Shown piece by piece: positions 63,050 through 64,000 of a DNA stretch of 64,000 nt; the first letter of the stretch is position 1, and every line of letters begins with the position of its first letter. Source of the stretch: Epiperipatus broadwayi (lineage: Eukaryota; Animalia; Onychophora); NCBI GenBank assembly GCA_028023455.1, contig JAQFVV010000003.1, positions 27,218,001 to 27,282,000 on the forward strand. The letters run 5' to 3'. Both the position numbers and the translations under genes were made by a program. A model generated the notes under the pieces. That model made no database searches, was not told where the DNA came from, and saw nothing but the letters and a program-made list of their open reading frames with translations.

Positions 63050-63700
63050 CGGATTCTGGATCACAGCATCTGGATTCGATCAGCTTTAGTGTATTTTGCC
63101 TATGTTCTAGATTTTGTTACGTGGAGGGACAATTCTTACCGTTACATAAGTTTTTTTTTCCGGGTTCTGATCGCCCAACAGGGGCAGTTACTTAGTTACA
63201 TGACCCTGAGCAAACCATGAATGAATCTGGCACGAGAAAGTGAAAATGCATATGTAGATTTTTTTTCTCCGGATTCTGACGTATCAAATAGGGCATTTGA
63301 ATATAAACCCGCATACCTGAGAGGGGATGTTGACGTGGGTATGTTCCCATATCACTTGTTGTATGTGTGTAATTTTTTTTTCTGGGTTCTGACCACCCAA
63401 ACTTTTGAGTCTATTCGATTACTCCCACAATCATGAGCACGTTAGCTATATATATGTGAAATTTTTCTTCCTGAACCGAATATATGTAGAGAGAAGAGAT
63501 GTGCGTATATGTATGTATAATTTTTTTTTGTCAGAGTTCTGACGCTGTAAATTAGGAATTTCGAATAGTATACACCCACTCCCTTTGATTGATGTATGTA
63601 TAAATTATTTTCTCTCCAGGTTCTAGGATTTCAATTGTATAAATCACACATATATCCTGAGTAAAATAATTTTTTTTCCGAATTCAGATTGCAAAGTAGA
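63050..63700 (+). repeat. Degenerate array of (T)n-cc/gg(g/a)ttctgac motifs
   Basis: About 7 copies at irregular ~70-120-bp spacing, most preceded by atgt(a/g)tg...aattttttt. Confidence 0.5.
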
Positions 63701-64000
63701 ATAAATTTTAAAAACTGTTTTTTTTTAAATCCCTCAAAAGATATATATATTAATTCTTTTTTGTTCGATTTGTTAATTATTTTCCACTACCTTGAATCGA
63801 ATATATGTGGAAGTAAGAGATATATATTTGTACAAATTTTTCTCTCGGATTATAAAAGCCCAGATGTTAGATTTCGGTAATTGTTTTACACGACCGTTAA
63901 TTAAATGCAGACGATTAGAGAAAGAAAGGATAGGTGGAAGGGGATAAATATATATATGTGTACTAAATTTTTTTTTCAAAAAAATATGTTTATTGATTTT

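Overview
Very AT-rich, CpG-poor animal genomic DNA; no prokaryotic features are present. One host gene is recognisable: the last four coding exons of NEDD1 (GCP-WD) on the minus strand (56266 to 35567), with consistent splice phases and the conserved C-terminal gamma-tubulin-binding helix. Its WD40 exons were not found and probably lie beyond the window end. Most of the remainder is decayed, often nested transposable elements: three related Ty3/gypsy copies, a 1.45-kb non-autonomous LTR element, RTE and L1/Tx1-type LINE fragments, hAT and Tigger/pogo remnants, several MITEs and a Merlin-like element with an 8-bp TSD. The most notable signal is a set of long palindromic insertions carrying minimal type-I hammerhead ribozyme motifs of the kind known from Penelope-like retroelements. 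One copy (28209-28248, minus) matches the full consensus. Two of the palindromes sit in a NEDD1 intron. All element assignments come from motif recognition by eye; no database search was run, and boundaries without TIR, LTR or splice evidence are approximate.
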